Under the pieces are notes generated by a model, which was not told the DNA's origin, did not search any database, and saw only the letters and a list, made by a program, of their open reading frames with translations. Made by a program: the position numbers and the translations under genes. A stretch of DNA of 63,654 nucleotides, counting the filler, from Olpidium bornovanus S191 (lineage: Eukaryota > Fungi > Olpidiomycota), in assembly GCA_017911155.1 (NCBI GenBank). It is 28 parts of 28 records of this genome, joined end to end, with 100 filler letters (N's around TTAATTAATTAA, not from the genome) between each part and the next. Parts side by side here need not be neighbours in the genome. Positions count along the whole stretch, not along the records: positions 60,679 to 63,654 come from JAEFCI010012818.1; 27 more parts are not named here. One strand, 5' to 3'. This document shows, piece by piece, positions 61,384-63,654 of the stretch; position 1 is the first letter of the stretch; each line of letters begins with the position of its first letter.

Positions 61384-62922
61384 CGCGTGTGGTCAGTGGA
61401 GGAGCTCTCCCCTGCCCTGCCCGCCACGCTCGCAAACCGCGGCCGCGCTCGCGCTTGCAGGCCTGCCTCTCTCTCCCTCTCTCTCTCTCTTCCACCCTGG
61501 CACATTACTCCCTCCGTTCCCCGCGTGGTTCCGCATCATCCCCCTGGGCTCCCGCCGTCGCCTGCCCAACCATACCGGATTGCGGCACCGCCGCCGGAGG
61601 CGTGGCAGATCCCGCGACAGCGACCATCTCTGCGGGCTCTCTCCGTCACTTTTGTTTCTCGTTCCCGTGAAAAAGGTTTGCTGATTGTCCCCTGGCCCAG
61701 CCCAGCCCGGCCAGCGGATTTGAATTGGCTGCCAACTCCTTCAAGGTGGTGCACATTTGTTTACTTATTGATTTGAAGGCAATTAATTAGCGCCCACATC
61801 ACTTCAGCGTGGACGTCAGGGAGATGGCTTCGCGAGGTGAACCAGACACCTGGCTCGAAAAGTGCAAATAGCTCAGTCGCCGAGCACTTTGCCGGAATTG
61901 TTTGAAGTGCTGAGATTGACTCTCGGTCAGCCCCGGATGTCCGTTTTAACACGTTGAGGCCAACATGAACAGTGCCTCGGCCCTGTGGACAGCACGGTGC
62001 TTGAGGTGGGGTGTTCGAGGTCGGCTTCACACGGCAAGCCAGATGCCTTATCGAAGGCAGATGTTTCGGTGATAAATATATCTTGCCGGAATAGGGAAAA
62101 CTCCAAAGTATGACCCTCGGTCAGTCCGATGTCAATTTTAACAAATGTCGCACCACTTTCAGCGTGATCACCAGGAAGAAGCATCAGCGACTCGGCGATC
62201 AAAAATGGTTGGATTCGGGAGAAACCTTGTCTCAGTGCAGGTACATTCTGGAATGGAAACCGGCATTCTGCCCCTCCAGCGTCGAATGTGGGAAAAAAAG
62301 GTGTTGTAAGAAACTGAATAACGGACTGCCCACGCTGGCAAGGTATACGCAAAACGGAAAGGCAGTATTAAGGACTTTCCCTTGCCAGTAATTACAGTAC
62401 TGTGAAACTTCTCCCTTACAGAAATATTGTATACGGTGTTGAAGGCCCGGGCCCGGACGTCTCTTTGGGCCATGATACGACGTCGGCCGGGTCGTGGGGA
62501 GAACCTTCGCCTACGCAGCCCAACCATCTTGGCGTCTTGTCTGGAAGGGATTGACTAAACTCTTCCTGACTTTTTCTCGACTTCTTTTTCGCCATGCGTC
62601 CAGATTTGGATTTTATTTTTGCTTACAGTTGTGCGTGGGGTGCGCAAAAAAAAAAAAAAAAAAAAAAAAAAACCGTGAAAGCCCCCCGCTGTCCATTCGA
62701 CGCGAGCGACACGAGCTACACCATCAACGACTACGCCAGTCGTCCCATAGAGAACAGTTCGACTTACTCTCCCCGCACTGGACAAGCCCTTGTCAAACGC
62801 GACGAGTGTAATATGCAGCGCTCCCAGATAGACGTGAAATATACAATTGCTAACTGATTTGGCTATTTCGCATTTTTGGCAGCGAGTCGTAAGCAGGGCA
62901 TTAATTTTGATCGGCCGCGCGC

Positions 62923-63612
62923 CTAGTCTGCAGCTGGTACTAAGATGCTCATCCCGTCCCGGTCGTCGTCTGCCATTTTTGTCCGAAAAAAATCCCTCGC
63001 ATCCTCCCCGCGATCGTGATCAAACCGCTGATCGGACCGTTTTTTCCGCCGTCTTTTCTTCTGCGGCGACGACCGCGTCCGTTGCTGGTGGTGGTGCCGG
63101 TACCACCGGCGAGGGATCACCTGAAGCTGTCTCCCAATTAGGCCGAGGCAAATACAAGAGCTGAAGAGGATGCACTGGAACAGCAGGCAAGATGTCAGCG
63201 TTTGCGATGGGCCGACGCAAACCCAGGCGCATGTTTCGAGATTCGCCACAATCTAGAGACCAACGAACGCAGTCTTACCGGGATCCATGAAGGCACGCCG
63301 AAAAAATCAGCTTTGACGAATCTTAATGGTGGCAAGATGCAGAGTATCGGTTAGTATTAAAATCCAAACGAGTATGGTTACAACGCACGGTAGTGCGCTT
63401 ACCTATACATGCCTGTTGCAACGAAGTAGAAGACGAATCCAGAACCGACGCAAGTCGTAAACAAACTGATAGCAAGGCCGTGCTTTGTGCGGTCGAAACT
63501 GAACCACATGCATGCAGATATAAGCGCCAGCGAACATGAGGCTTGTGTGCTGGACGAGGACCACGGAAGCTTGGTGGCCGCGTAGCAGACGCCCACAAAT
63601 CCGCCAACGCAT
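62923..63612 (-). CDS. INSIG-family sterol-sensing membrane protein, 3' part
   Basis: Spliced FVGVCYAATKL...ALISACMWFSFDRTKHGL...GMY|RFVKADFFGVPSWIP|CILFSSCICLGLIGRQL, cf. animal INSIG WWTFDRSRSG...PDFLYIRSWLPCIFF.G...GNIGRQL. Confidence 0.85.
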
Positions 63613-63654
63613 CTGTGACAGAAACGTGCGTTAGCGTCTGGACCGACACGCGGG

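Overview
This window is not a continuous locus. It is 28 short contigs (about 1-4 kb each) joined by 27 identical artificial 100-nt spacers (44 N + TTAATTAATTAA + 44 N), so neighbourhood across a spacer means nothing. The DNA is eukaryotic, GC-rich and intron-dense, with fungal-type genes. I assembled exons by eye into mostly partial genes: RPL13, PAC4, a C2-domain class-3 lipase, ARG1, an ankyrin-repeat asparaginase, Nup82/88, DDX59, DUF1295, VTI1, a CorA exon, eIF3f, a group-I G-alpha, ACC1, ILV2, a tandem cNMP-binding protein, an acetylpolyamine amidohydrolase, a DUF202 protein, an ABCG transporter, PP2A B'', an EF-hand protein, KU80, MscS, IleRS and INSIG. There are also several Ty1/copia pieces, a Ty3/gypsy remnant and a possible LINE remnant. 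DDX59, PP2A B'' and an animal-like INSIG point to an early-diverging, probably zoosporic fungus (inference; species not determined). The most interesting signals are: (1) a Ty1/copia element with a clear chromodomain between integrase and RT, sitting just upstream of eIF3f; (2) a bacterial-type MscS with three spliceosomal introns; (3) a bacterial-type acetylpolyamine amidohydrolase with a GC-AG intron; (4) a DDX59 orthologue; (5) strong enrichment of CATG at contig ends. All protein assignments are by remembered motif similarity, not database searches. No rRNA, tRNA or CRISPR array was found.
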